Assembly (NCBI GenBank): GCA_963575745.1
Contig: CAUYUJ010000161.1
Location: 62,001-117,414, forward strand
From: Prorocentrum cordatum
Lineage: Eukaryota
Reading direction: 5' to 3'
DNA: 55,414 nucleotides
In this document: one piece after another, positions 23,300 to 35,583 of the stretch
How positions within the stretch are numbered: position 1 is the first letter of the stretch
How the letters are laid out: every line of letters begins with the position of its first letter
Program-made: the position numbers and the translations under genes
The notes under the pieces: model-generated
What the model was told of the DNA's origin: nothing
Databases searched by the model: none
The model's input: only the letters and a program-made list of their open reading frames with translations

Positions 23300-24610
23300 A
23301 CGGTGTCTGGGGCGTCGGCAGGGCAAGCGGCCCCCGGACTTCCCCCAGTTGACGCCCGAGCAGCTGGGGTAGCTTACCCCGCCAATGCCGCGGGGCCAAC
23401 GACGGGTGTCAAAGCGGCGCATGGCGCGCGCAGCAGTGAGTCGTGACCACATTCGCCCCCGGCACCTTGCGCCTCAGCCCGGCCCAGCGCCCTGGGCGCG
23501 CGCGAGGCCATGGCGAGCCGCGTTGCGAGCGGGCTCTGCGCCGCCAGTTCTCGCCCGCGCCGGATTGCCTGCCATCGCCGAGCCTGCACTTGGAGATCGA
23601 CTTGTTGTTGCGTTTTCCACATTTGCTCGCTCTTGCACCAAGTGTTTTCGGTGGTCTTGGGGATCGCAGCGGGCTCGCGAACGCGGATGCCCGCGCCTTT
23701 TCTCGGGGCAGCTCGGAAGTCTTCGATTCAATGCGTCCGGCGGCAGATTGTTTTTCATTGGGTTTGCTCATGCACGGGGGCGGGTATATTGCAGTTTCTT
23801 ATTGAAGGCCTTCGAGGATGTATTGCGTCGCATTCTATTGGAAAAGGCTACCAACTTAGCCTTTAACTTGGTTCGGCTGCTTCTCTCGATAGCGCCGCGT
23901 CGCGGGCCAGGGCTGGCGCCGACGCGCGGCGTGCCAGGGCGCGCGGCACAGTCAACGCAAGCTATTGTTGCTGGATGTGACTCTGCTGACTTGCTCACGA
24001 GAGCCATGCTGATCCCTGGCGTGGATAAGCTATTTCAGCAACGCCAGCGCGCATTCGCTGGAGTCGCAGCTGATAATGTTCAGCGTAATGTTATTGTCAC
24101 CTTGCGTCGTGAGCTGGAACGCGCCCCCGTGGGTGCCACCGACAGAACTCGGGCGCTCCAGGCTGCTGGAGTACCCGCGTCTCTGAACCCTAACATGTAG
24201 TTCTTCCTTGCCGCGGGCCCTGAGAGGGCAAAGGAGGTCGTGTCCCGCGCGCCAGATCTCACGGGCTTCGATGCCGCGCGCGGCGCGGAATCTGGGCACT
24301 GATTACATTGCGCGGCCATCCTGGGTCGCAGTCCAGCGCGTCAGGAAGCATCTTCTGGAGGGGAGTGCCACGCGCGATAGACGTCTTCCCAACCTTCGCA
24401 CAGCTGGCTGGCGAGCCCAGCCGATGCTGCGACCTGCGCTAGGTTCCACGACGCTGCGTGGCGCCGGCGTCGCGGGCTTGCCCATGCAGCGCGCGCGCGA
24501 GCTGAAGCAGCGCTATCATGCAGCACTCGGCACGCGCGCGCACAGGTGTGCGATTTGGGATCTGATCCCGCACTACGCCCAGCAGTGCCAGCGCGCGCGG
24601 ACGTTCTGAC
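23300..24610 (+). pseudogene. Reverse transcriptase domain of LINE ORF2, degenerate
   Basis: LLKAFEDV (DxxKAFD), QAIVAGC (motif 4), VAADNVQ (decayed YxDD) and ARNLGTDY (motif 7), in the expected order and spacing. Confidence 0.75.
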
Positions 24611-24866
24611 CGTGTGGGCTCCTCGGCGGGATGGAGTCCCGTCGGAATTCTTGTACTCGATGAAAGCCTGCCATGGGCGAGTCGGAACGTCACTGCCGAG
24701 ACACCTTGGCGTGATTTGCGCGGCCCAGCATCTCTAGCTGTTGCAGCCTAGTTGAGATTGGGTGGGTCTGTAGCAATTCCCACTACCTGGCTCGCAGTTC
24801 CTGGGGCGCCTGTTGACAATGCGCCGTTGGCACCTCGCGACCTGTCTGCACTTGTCGCTCGGGAAG

Positions 24867-25074
24867 CGTGCGTGCGTGTGCGTGCGTGTGCGTGCGTTTG
24901 CGTGCGTGTGCATACGTGTGCGTGCGCGTGCGTGCGTGCGTGCGTGTGCGTGCGTGTGCGTGCGTGTGCGTGCGTGTGCGTGCGTGTGCGTGCGTGTGCG
25001 TGCGCGTGCGTGTGCGTGCGTGTGCGTGCGTGTGCGTGAGTGTGCGTGCGTATGCGTATGTGTGTGTGTGTGTC

Positions 25075-25110
<36 letters not shown>

Positions 25111-25291
25111 CGTGCGTGTGTGCCTGCGCGCGCGCGTGCGTGCGTGCGTTGGTGCGTTGGTTCGTGTGTGTGTGGGTGTGTGCGTGCGTGCGTGCGTGCG
25201 TGTGTGTGTGTGTTTGTGTGTGTGCGCGTGTGCGTGCGTGCGTGCGCGTGCGTGTGTTTGTGAGTGCGCGTCCGTGTGTGTGTGTGTGGTG

Positions 25292-25332
<41 letters not shown>

Positions 25333-25484
25333 TTGCGTGCTTGTGTGTTGCGAATGTGTTTTTGTATGTTGTGTGTTGCATTTTTTTCTCGCCCGACATG
25401 ACCTACGCCGCGCCGCCACGCGCGTGGCAACGATGCCAAACATTGTGTCCGTGTTTGTGTACGTGCTTGTGTGTGTGTGTGTGT
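24867..25484. repeat. (GCGT)n/(GT)n microsatellite
   Basis: Direct reading. Confidence 0.97.
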
Positions 25485-25935
25485 GGAATTCCGCACTTTC
25501 CGCCAGCGGAGGAAAGGGGCCTTCGAGAAGTAAACGGGCCCGCGGTCCGAAAGTAAAGGCAGCGGTGGCCGGCCGGCCACCGCTTGCGGAGGTGGCGCCG
25601 CACGCGGGGACCTAGCGAAGGCTGGCTGCCGTCCGGCCGAAAGCCCAGGGGGCGACCTTGCTCCCTGTCCGCCTTCGCCGCCTCCGCCCCCTCGTCCTCC
25701 TCGTCCTCCTCATCCTCCTCCTCCGCCTCCTCCTTCTCTTAACCCTCCTCCTCCTCCTCCTCCTCCTCCTCCTCCTCCTCCTCTGCCTCCTCCTCCTTTC
25801 CTAATCCTCCTCCTCCCCCTCTCCTTCCTCCTCGCCCCCAGCCCACCCCGCGCTCCCCGCCAGCCGAGGCTGTCCGCCCTCGCGGGCGGCGCGGCGCCAT
25901 GCGCGGCGCAAATCGTGTCGTTCAGCGACGTGAAG

Positions 25936-25995
25936 GATGGGGACGCCGTGGCGTCCTACGCCTTCGACGTCGCCGAGGCGCAGATCGCCGACGAG
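25936..25995 (+). CDS. TPM-domain gene, exon 5
   Basis: AAG|G acceptor, GAG|GT donor. DGDAVASYAFDVAEAQIADE joins the next exon to give IADEGQMLS, resembling the TPM start motif VxDxAxxLS. Confidence 0.65.
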
Positions 25996-27053
25996 GTGCC
26001 ACCCTTCAAGCAGTGGCGAAGCGTCCTGGCTTGACTAAAGGCCCACCAAAGAGTGTTCTGGAGCCTTTTGTGGTTGGCACGACATGTTCCTTGGACATTT
26101 CCTGTTGAGGCGATCTTCTTTTGACACATTGGCCTTCTGTTCAAAGAACACTCATTGTCTTTATGATTAGAGCATGTCTGGGTTCGAAGAATATTTCGTG
26201 GTAGGCCTACAGGAATGCCGGGACGGTCGGCCCTTGTTCAAACTTTGTTCTCAGAAGGCGCGATGGCATCTGAGAAGCCCCGACGCCTGAAAAGGCCAGC
26301 CCCCTCACTCCCCCCTGGGCTCGCCGCCGACAAGTAGTTCAATTGAGATCTTGTCTGTGTGTTGACGTCCCAGGGAGGTCGAGAGCTTCAGAGCGGCGGC
26401 GGTGAACGCTCGCAGCCAGAAAGTCTACATACAGCGCCGCGCCGCTCAGCGGCCGTGCGATATCGACGACTCCAGTTCCTATTTCGGGTTTCGTAGAGGG
26501 GGGGTCATCCCAAGATGGGGTTCGGGAACGAACCTAGCTGCCCCTTCTTTCAGGAGCCGTTTAGAGCAAATTTGGTCACAACCCCACCAGTGTCCCTACT
26601 CCATCTGTTTGTCCCCCCGACTGTCGGATTCGGCTGGTGAGCGCCTATCGATGAGGTCGACGAGTTCGACCGTGGTCGGGCTCCATCGACATATTCGACT
26701 TCGGCAGCATCGACGCGGTCGATTGATCTCGCCTTTCGCCTCGTCTGTGCGCCGCGAATTGAGATGGGGTGGACCGTTCATCCGATTCGATTCGATCTGT
26801 CTCCGACTTTGGTGCAATCGATCATCGAGTAAAGGAAGTGCGATTAGGAATACGTAGCACCCCGCAGTTGCGGATAAGAGTCAGGGGGTGGCGAGGACGT
26901 CGGCAGTCTGCGAGGTTCTGAAGAAGCCCGCCGCAGGCCTTCATTGTTTCGTCGAAGCAATGTGGGTGGGTCGCGGGGTGGGTCGCGGGTGGGTCGCGGG
27001 CCAGGTCGCGGGGGGGGGGCGACGACAACAACAGCAACAACAACAGCAATAGT

Positions 27054-27095
<42 letters not shown>

Positions 27096-28015
27096 TACTA
27101 GGACGTGGGGACACTCCGTTCTCACCAGTGCCAGGGTTTTCATAGGAGGCGGGCAATACCCCCACTTTGTGGGGGGGGCCGGTTCAAGCTCTACCAAATT
27201 TCCAAACGACTCTTCGCCACCACCCACACCCAGCTTCCCGCCCTATGACGTTCGGACACTTCACTTCGTGGCATGCGGACGACCGTGGCTACTATTCAGG
27301 GCCCCGCGGCCGACGACGACGGCGTGCGCGCGCGAAGAAAACACGACCCGCATGGTATTATTTGACAGGGATGATGGCCCTGGCAGGTGCGCAACCGTTG
27401 TTGCAGAAGTTCGAAAAAGTTGCTCGCAAAAGCCCGTTTGATAGAAATGTTTAAAAAATGTTGGGTTTCCTACGAATCCGCAAGAGCGCGCGGGATGAAA
27501 TTTTGACATTTTTTTTTTCAAAAACCATTGGTTTTTTGATGGTTTTATGTTAAATTCGCTACGAAAACTAAGGTTTTGGAAGGATTTCGTCTTGCGCGCG
27601 CGAATGTTCACTTTTTTTTTTGTTTGCAAGGGATTCTTGAAGTTTGGTTATGTTAGAACAAGAAATGTCCACTTTAGCTCATTTTTTGCAAGGGAAAGCG
27701 GGCGTCAACAAAACAACCGGATCCGGACACCCACGTTTTGCCTGAGATTTCCTCACGAAAATGATGAAAATGTGGCTGCGGCCTAGGCGCGGCGGGGGGG
27801 GCGCGCACCAGGGGCCTCAACAATAATTATTCTTTAGAAGAAATAATGTTCAACAACAACAACAACACTTGCAGCAACACCAACATCAACAACAACACCA
27901 ACAACAACGACAACAATCTGCACCGCAGAAACTCCCTTCAGTCACGCGCCCAGGGATATTGAATGACCCTTCGGCCCCCTCACTCTGACTGAGGAGATGA
28001 GGAGTTGCGGGGGGC

Positions 28016-28069
<54 letters not shown>

Positions 28070-28122
28070 AGGGGGACGGAAGGGGCAAAAAGGATCAAAT
28101 TGATCGTGGGCGTCCCCACAAG

Positions 28123-28256
28123 GGCCAGATGCTGTCCGATAGCGCTCGCGGCTACCTGACGCAGGTGGCCGCCAAGCTGGAGACGAATGCGCGCACCAAG
28201 CTCTTCTTGCTAACGGTGCCAGAGTTCTCTGCGGCCGACGGCGCAGACGTAGAGAG
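28123..28256 (+). CDS. TPM-domain gene, exon 6
   Basis: GQMLSDSARGYLTQVAAKLETNARTKLFLLTVPEFSAADGADVE(R). AG|G acceptor, AG|GA donor. Confidence 0.75.
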
Positions 28257-28831
28257 GACGTTCATCCTCTGTCTCCAGTTTCTCATCCTCCAACTCCTCT
28301 CTCAACTCCTGCTCCTCGTCGCTCTGTTTTCGCTTCGATGCTGACATTCGCATCAAGCCACGCTTGTTGCGCTGGATGGGAAGCAGCCTCTAGGGGAGCA
28401 GCCTATCACACACGCGCCAACAGGGTTGACGGTTTTCGTTTGACGTCCAGTAATGTTCCGTGCATTTTACCAATTGGTTCATGAACTTGGCGCGAGCCGA
28501 TGGGGATGTTTCCCATTCTTTTGAGAAGTGCATCGGGGCCCGCGTAGCTTAGCAGTACTAGCATGGTATAGCAGATCATGTTCTAGTATCGAGTGGCACA
28601 TCTCTGCATACTATCGTGTTCCGTCGCAGTACAACATGGCATAGCATGGCATCGGTGGTTGGGAAGTGGGAGATCTTGGGGGGTGTTTGGCCCTCTTTTG
28701 ACCGCTTTGGGGCCCTCTTGGGCCGCCTTGGAGCTCTCTTGGGCCGCCCTTGATCTCTTATGGGCCGTCTTCACCCCAGTGCTTGCACCATGCAGACTGC
28801 TTGAAGTGCATTGCACCACGCATGTTGTATC

Positions 28832-28881
<50 letters not shown>

Positions 28882-29139
28882 TGACGGGGGCGAACGGTCA
28901 TTCACTGCCTCTGGGCGCGTGGCTGAAGTGAGGTTCTGCGGTGCGGATTGTAGTTGTTGTTGATGGTGATGGTGTTGTTGTTATTGTTGCTGCTGTTGCT
29001 ATTGCTGTTGCTGTTGTTGTTGCTGCTGTTGTTGTTCAAAAGGGCACATTGGGGGCCAGTTGCTCCCCCCACCACCACCACCACGCAGAACAACGCACAA
29101 CGCCGGGAGAGCCCGAAGGGGCTCCGTGGCGTTGCGCGT

Positions 29140-29455
29140 TTTTACGCCCTGATAGGCGCGCCCCTCACGAGGATCGTGGCCCCATAGGGAGGGAGCTCCA
29201 CCGATGGCCCCAGTGGCAGAGTCCGCATGCGTCCCCCAGCCCATAGGCATACCTCTTACGATGATCGTGGCCACATAGGGAGCTCCACCGAAGGCCCCAG
29301 TGACATGATCCGCATGCGTCCCCCCGCCCAGTTCGGCACGCCCCTCACGAGGATCGTGGCAACATAGGGGGCTCCACCGAAGGCCCTAGTGGCATGGTCC
29401 GCATGCGTCCCCCCGCCCATTTCGCCGCACCCCTCACGAGGATCGTGGCCACAGG
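29140..29455 (+). repeat. Diverged subfamily of the 90-bp family A satellite, ~3.5 units
   Basis: cccctcacgaggatcgtggccacatagggagctccaccgaaggccccagtg...cgcatgcgtcccc, preceded by a (GTT)n tract at 28950-29036. Confidence 0.85.
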
Positions 29456-29499
29456 AAGCTACTCCTACACCTACAACTACAACAACAATCATTTTACCC

Positions 29500-29720
29500 T
29501 CACGCGCGATGTTTCCATACGAAGCAAGCGACCATCATGATAACCATCCCCATCATGGGGGAGTATTGTTTTATAGCGGGGTCAGTTATTCCCATTCTCA
29601 GATCTCCCGCCCAATGAGATCTTGCAATCACTTCCCCCGTGGAATTATAACATTTCGCGTCGACAACGCATGCCCGCGCCTTGCTGCGCCGGTGCGAGAC
29701 CGCCAGTGGAGCCCCAGCCA
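29500..29720 (-). pseudogene. Possible DIRS-type RNase H remnant
   Basis: CVVDAKCYNSTGEVIARSHW...SPMMGMVIMMVACFVWK loosely resembles the DAS...W...IxxLE...W pattern. Confidence 0.25.
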
Positions 29721-29866
29721 AAGGTAAAGCACAAGGAAGTATCGAGCGACAGGATTGCCTTGGTGGGGATGGGGGCTGTCGGCGGCGAGGCAAGGACCTG
29801 GCCCTGAATATAGAGGGAGGAAATCTCGAGCAGGGCCGCTGTTGTTGCTGGGAGCGGCGCCAATGC

Positions 29867-30660
29867 AGTCAACGCACCCCTTCCGCACCACCATGATTTT
29901 GCCCTGCTTGCTCTCTCTCCTTGCCCGCGCTGTCCGCCTGCTGTACTGACTTATTCTGCTCCCGCAGCTATATACTTTGGCTCTAGGGAAACGGAAAAGG
30001 AGCGAGCCTGCGGCGCGCGCGCGTGCGTCGGCTGGCGGGCCGGCTCCTCCCTTCAGTGCTATTTTAGTGTATGTTTGACGGCACGATCCCTTCTTATCCA
30101 CGTCATCTGCGGAGCCCACTGACCGTGAGATATCATCGGAACATATTGCAGGGATTACGAATATCCAGGCAAAAGACGGGTTATCGGCCGAAACGACGGC
30201 ACAGCCGTTCGTTTCGCAGAGCATGGGATCTCAAGAAGGAACGCTCGGGCGAACGGAGGATCGAATACCTTCCGAGCGTAACACAAGCATCAGCGCCTCA
30301 GCGAGGCGACAGAAACCTCTTAATATTCCCAGCAAGAAAGCATCATAGACTATGATCGATTTAACAGAAAGGGATTCCGTTTGACTCAGTGACAAGATCC
30401 AGAGGGCAACGCTCGAGCGGAAGGTCTGGCACAGCCAGAATTTCCGACGCGGGACCCTCTGATTTGGTGTCGATACACCCTGGTTTTCGGCCATCGATCG
30501 ACTTAGATTTCGAAATGGAGAAGTTGTTGGATCATATCCCCATCGAGACATCAGGCGCTGAAAGTCTGGGCGCCGAGCACGCAGCGCAATATACGTTGGT
30601 TTTTCTTTCGCTGACTGGCTTGAGGACGGTGCAGGAAAAAGGGGAGGACGCAGACGACGA
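29867..30660 (+). mobile_element. 5' end (terminus, leader, decayed ORF start) of an unclassified retroelement-like repeat, copy 1
   Basis: The first ~420 bp align closely with 45345-45765 and share the same sharp left boundary agtcaaYgcaccccttccgcaccacca. Confidence 0.6.
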
Positions 30661-30717
30661 CTGACGGAGACGACGATTCGAACAGACAAACCCCTCGCAC
30701 ACGCCGACCGGGTGGTG

Positions 30718-30753
<36 letters not shown>

Positions 30754-30825
30754 TTTTGCGCCACTTAGTTTGCACCACAAGTGCTGCTTCACATTCCAAT
30801 GCCATCCCATATGCTACTCTTGGCA

Positions 30826-30943
30826 TCGCTCGGGCGTGTGCATTTTCCCTTCGGCGAGGACCATCGAGGAGTATCCTCGATCATTTAGCGAAAAAGCCGC
30901 GCACGAAACCGGAAACAAACACAGGGAATGCACGTCCGAGCGA
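30826..30943. mobile_element. MITE family F, copy 1
   Basis: tcgctcgggcgtgtgcatt...aatgcacgtccgagcga, flanks TGGCA / TGGCG. Second copy at 44053-44170. Confidence 0.75.
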
Positions 30944-31436
30944 TGGCGAGCACTCCGCGTGCACTGCAGCACGCAGGTTGCACCGCATACCCTGCACCAC
31001 GTGCGCGGCAGCCGACAGGGGGCAGTACCTCGGGCGTCGCGTAATGGGGGGTCATAAGTGGGGGGGTGACGAGGGTGGTCCGGAAAGGTACCCGAAGGGT
31101 ACCTAGACGAGCCCCTTTGGGCTCCAGAGGAGCCCGAAAAGGGCAGGAAAGGGGACCGTTTCCGACCCCCCCATCTATGACCCTCCAATTGGAGGCGGGG
31201 GGGGGGGGGGGGAAAACACCGACACAAGTAAACGGCGGCTTGCATAAATTATGGGAAAAGATGGGAAGTGGGGGGGGAAAACAAAAATCCAGAACATATG
31301 GGAAAATATGGGGAATCCTCTTATTTGTGTCTATTTATTTGTCTGTCCCAGGGCCCCTTCACATTCAGCCGCGCCCACGGAGCACGCACAGCGCGCGTGC
31401 ACGCTCCCGGCCTCGGGGCCCGCGGCCGGCCACGAG

Positions 31437-31533
31437 GACGCAGTTCCTGCGCACCATGCGCCTCGGCCTGGGCATCGATTCGCAGAGCGTGCTGCTCGTG
31501 GCCGACCGGCGCTCCCGCGCTGGGCCGCTGCAG
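31437..31533 (+). CDS. TPM-domain gene, exon 7
   Basis: (R)TQFLRTMRLGLGIDSQSVLLVADRRSRAGPLQ. Phase-2 start matches exon 6; CAG|GC donor. Confidence 0.75.
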
Positions 31534-32459
31534 GCCCCGAGGGGGGCACGGCGGGGATCGAGGGCCCCCAGACGGTGTGGTGCCCACGCCGTGCGGTGAG
31601 TCGGTGGGGGTTCGGGGTCACCGCACGGCTCTGGGGCTCGAGTCCCTCTCCGAGGACGTCTCGGGCGATGGGGGCCTGCGGGGTGCCAAGACCGTGCGGT
31701 GAGGTCTGGGGGGGGAATTCAAAAATAGTCGGAAAATAGTCTGGGCACTGTTTTTTGAACATTTTGGGGGCATCTTTTCTGAGCATTTTTTGAGTATTTT
31801 CCATTCTTCGTCCAAAAACCCCCTGTAGGGGGACAGGCCCGACCTAAGTCTTGGGGGACGTCGAGGTCACCGCACGGTCTGTCACCGCACCGTTTTGGGA
31901 CTCCAAAGGGGAGGCGGGGGCGCAGTCGAGGAGGCTCTGGGGCAGGGCGCGTCACCGTCGAGGCGACGCCGGGTTCGCCGTCGGATGGGCCGGGTCAGAC
32001 GCTTGGCCCTGGGCCGCTCGGCTGCTCCCGATCTCGCGGGGAGGGCGAGGGGAGAGGGGGGGGAGGAGGGGGAGGAGGGGGAGGAGGAGGGACGAGGAGG
32101 GACGTGGAGGAGAAGCGACGAGGAGGGGGAGGGAGGAGTAGGACGGGAGGGAGGAAGAGGAGGTGGAGGAGGAGGAGGAGGAGGAGGAGGAGGAGGAAGA
32201 ACAAGCATACGTCATGACGTGGGGGGGAGGACGAGCGGCAGTAGCAGGAGAACGATCAGGGGTGCGAAAGAGAGGAGGAGCAGCATGAGTGAGAGCAGCA
32301 GCAGGGAAAAAGGGGGGGCGCGGCGCCCGAAGTGAGCAATGTCTCCCTGGGTGCGGATCTGCATAGATTCCACATTCCACGACCTCTGCCGCAATGATTA
32401 TGCTTCGAGCGATCCCCACCGAAACCTTCGACGTTTGATTCCGAAGGTGCGCGCGCATT

Positions 32460-33040
32460 TCATTGTCATGGTGTGTTATGTTATGCTCTGCGATGTTGTC
32501 TTGTGAGGTGTGGTGTAATGTCGTGTTCTGCACGGCAAGCTTTGCCATCGCTCACGGAGTTGATATGTTTTGCTATATGACATCATCTGACGCCGCGCTC
32601 TGTCATGTCATGCTGTGTCATGGTATCGAATGGTGTGTGCTGCGATGCTGTGTTGTGGTGCGGTTTGTTCAGTCATGGTACACCATATGAATATGTGATA
32701 TAACACTGTGCAATGTTGCGTTATGGTATGTGATGATATGTCAAAGTTTGTGTAAGACTATAAGACTATATATAGTAGCATGCCATGTGTTGTTGATGCG
32801 ATACGATTTGATTTGCCCTGGTATGTAATGATATGGCATGGTATGTGCTGCTATGTTCAATTAGGTGTTGATGCATTATTGTGTGCTTGCGTTGTCGTGT
32901 TATGTAATGAGATGTGATGTGGTGCGCTGATGTGGCATGCACTGCTCTGTCATGGTATGTGGTGTTACGATGTGGTTTGTCATGGTGTGGTATGTTGCAC
33001 TCAGGTATGTTATGTTCGGTGGTGTGGCGTGGTGCTCTGC
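32460..33040. repeat. Degenerate ~5-bp (TGTNA/GTATG-like) AT-richer microsatellite
   Basis: Periodic tgtga/tgtta/ggtat/tatgt units. Confidence 0.75.
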
Positions 33041-33049
33041 TCCGTTATG

Positions 33050-33380
33050 TGGGGGGCCTGGGGATCTTCGGCCGCGGCGCGCAAAGTGGGCGAGTCGGCG
33101 CGGGGGCGGGATCATCCCGGATCATTGGGGGCCCGGGGGCCCGGTGGCCGCGGCGCGCACGGCGGGGGGGGCGGGGCCGCCGGGGATTATCGGGGGCCCG
33201 GGGATCTGGCGGCCGCGGCATGCAGGGCGGGGGGGGGCGGGGCCGCCAGGGATTATCGGGGGCACGGGGGCTTGGCAGCCGCGGCGTGCAGTGCGGGGGG
33301 GGGGGGCGGGGCCACCGAGTATGGTCGGGCGTCTAGGGATCAAGCGGCCGCGGGGCGCAGGCGGGCGGGCCGGGAGGTGC
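33050..33380. repeat. ~65-bp GC-rich tandem repeat
   Basis: gggattatcgggggc...ggccgcggc...gggggggcggggccgcc recurs 4-5 times. Confidence 0.75.
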
Positions 33381-34394
33381 GGCCCCAACCTGTCTGGCGG
33401 GAAAAAGATTTGATCATGGCGAGGGAACAAGATCTCATCCTCGGGGCTTCCAACTGCGCGCGAAAGTTATGGAACCTAGCCCGCGCCATTTCCATTGAAG
33501 GGCCATGGCCGACGAGTGGCTCATAATATTGAACAAGAGTGGTCTTGCCGTCCCTGTTGGCGAGATGGAGCGGCGCCATGCATGCCCAGCGCATATCGGC
33601 GCGTTTCGCGCGAGACGCGCTATTCTGCCGTGTAGAGACCGCGCGGTAGGATTCAAAGTGCTTAGCGCTTGGATTTTTTTGGTCGCAGTTGCACGGGCGA
33701 AGTAGTCCATGGGATCCGCAAGGCCTGGCGAACTTGAGTTGCACATGCGAATGCAGTGGCAATCCGCGAGGTTGGTCCTCGCAGGCGCTTTAGACCATTG
33801 TGTCCGCCGTGTCCTCGGATACTATTTGGGAAGATTGCGCCTCGCAGCCTCCGTCCTGAGCAAGGCATCCAAATGCCGCTATCCGATGTTTAGAAGAAGA
33901 TTTCGCCCCCCAGTGGCAGACGCTGCAGCTGAACATATGACGACTGCCATGTCTATCGTCTCCGAATTGCAACAGGCGCGAGATTGAGGCCAGGACACAA
34001 TCTTGTCGCCGCCTGTCACATGTCTGGGCTGGCCACCTCCAACCTCTCGGCGTGGCCTCTAAGGACAGAGTCGCCGATCGTGTGTCACGTTACCACGATC
34101 GCACGTGGATGTCATCCCATGGAGAGATGGCTCGGGTCCCAAATGCATCACAGCACTGCCGGGATCTGGGGATGGAAGCGCAGCCAAGATTGGCCCGCCT
34201 TACCTGGCCGATAGCGTTTCTAGAGGGATGGTCATTGAGCGTGGCTTGAGTGGGGTCATACACTCAGATATATGTTGCTTCTGCCCTGCATTCAGTATAA
34301 TGTGCGCCGTCGGTCCCTGGTTGCATTCAGCATGACGACTACGAAACTGCACGACACGTCACGACATGTCGTCATTGTCGTCGCCCCCTGGTAC

Positions 34395-34725
34395 TGCAAG
34401 ACACTTACGCAGCCCCCCCTCTGTCATCCGCAAAAGGCTGTCGCCGTCGTCGTCCCGCGGGACCGCAAGACGCCAACGCAGCATCCCCCTTCCAGCAGGC
34501 CATCCGCAACGGGCCGTCGTCGTCGTCGTTGTCGTTGTTGGCAGTCTTTCGGAAGTGCAAGACACCCACGCAGCGCACCCCATTCTGTCATCCGCAATCC
34601 GTCTTCTTCGTCGTCGTCGTCCGCCGTCGCCCCAGGACGCACCCGCAGCCCCCCCCCCATGCCATCCACAGCCTGCCGTCGTCGTGTTCGCGGCCGTCGT
34701 CGCCCGTCTGTCGTCGCCACCCCGA
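34395..34725. repeat. ~75-85-bp degenerate tandem repeat
   Basis: caagacac...acgcagc...gtcatccgcaa...gtcgtcgtc recurs ~4 times. Confidence 0.7.
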
Positions 34726-34775
34726 GTGTATGACGCCCGCGCCAAGGGGGCGCGAGGTGGCTTCGACCACTCCGA

Positions 34776-34979
34776 TCGGGGGAGCGTAAGACCCGGGTTT
34801 GCCAGGACTCGGGTTCGCCATCGTTTTTTGACGACCGCGCCTCGGATTTTGACGAGGAGGAGTTTCGTGGGATGTCTGCAGCGGGAGGCCTCGTCAAAAT
34901 GCAGGCTCGGCCTCGTCATTTTTGACGACCTCGTCGGGGATTTCCGAGTCCCCTGTACCCAGGTCTTACGTCCCCCTGA
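34776..34979. mobile_element. MITE family E, copy 2
   Basis: Near-identical to 10786-10991; flanked by TCCGA on both sides. Confidence 0.88.
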
Positions 34980-35428
34980 TCCGAGTAGGCGCCCCCGCCG
35001 CTCCGATGTGTCAGCCCTCGGGCCTCCCCCGGCCTCTCCTGTGGGCCGGGGGGCCATCCCGAATATTGTCGTCCCTCGGTGGGCCGAGCTCCCTGGCCTG
35101 CCCTCTACGGGGGCCACGGGGCCGGCGAAACTATGTGTTCAATCGTCCCCTTAATTTTGAGCGGGCCTGTCCCTCGAAAGGAGGAAAATTCCAAAATAGT
35201 CCATAAGAATAATCTGGGAACGAATGTTTGATTTTTGTTTGGCCATTCGGGTCGCATGTTCTGCGTATTTCTAATTTTTCGTCGAAGATCCCCCTGTAGG
35301 GGGACACGCCCGACTTAACCTTAGTTTTAAGGAACCATTCCCCGCCATTAAACCATCTGCGCCCAGACGACAGGACGGAGGAGGGCACGGATGGCGGAAT
35401 GCGCCTGGGAAGTCCACCAATCGCGAAG

Positions 35429-35490
35429 GTGAGCGTCGGGGACCAGGTGTCTCCCGCCGTGAGCAAGGAGTTCGTCGCCAGCGTGCAAAG
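35429..35490 (+). CDS. TPM-domain gene, exon 8
   Basis: VSVGDQVSPAVSKEFVASVQ(R). AAG|G acceptor, AAG|GA donor. Confidence 0.75.
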
Positions 35491-35583
35491 GACCCCGCAA
35501 CCTTAGCGAAGTTGTTGTCCAGAGCCGCCCCCCACCACATACTGTATATTTTGGCTCCCCGTCTCGCCCCGTTCGTGACTCGA

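Larger units (their letters stand above)
19608..24860 (+). mobile_element. Decayed APE-type non-LTR retrotransposon (LINE), 5'-complete, interrupted by MITEs at 21994-22926
   Basis: Colinear SL, ORF1 zinc ribbon (CKRCG...HCQFCG, 19758-19827), APE domain and RT domain. Confidence 0.8.

Noticed and set aside
26372..26450. Exon-like stretch EVESFRAAAVNARSQKVYIQRR
   Set aside because: Exons 5 and 6 join directly to give the TPM start motif, and there is no clear donor.
33430..34330. RT C-terminal remnant (VLGYYLG) here, and coding-like 38280-39800
   Set aside because: Probably decayed retroelement sequence, but too few motifs to assign a family.
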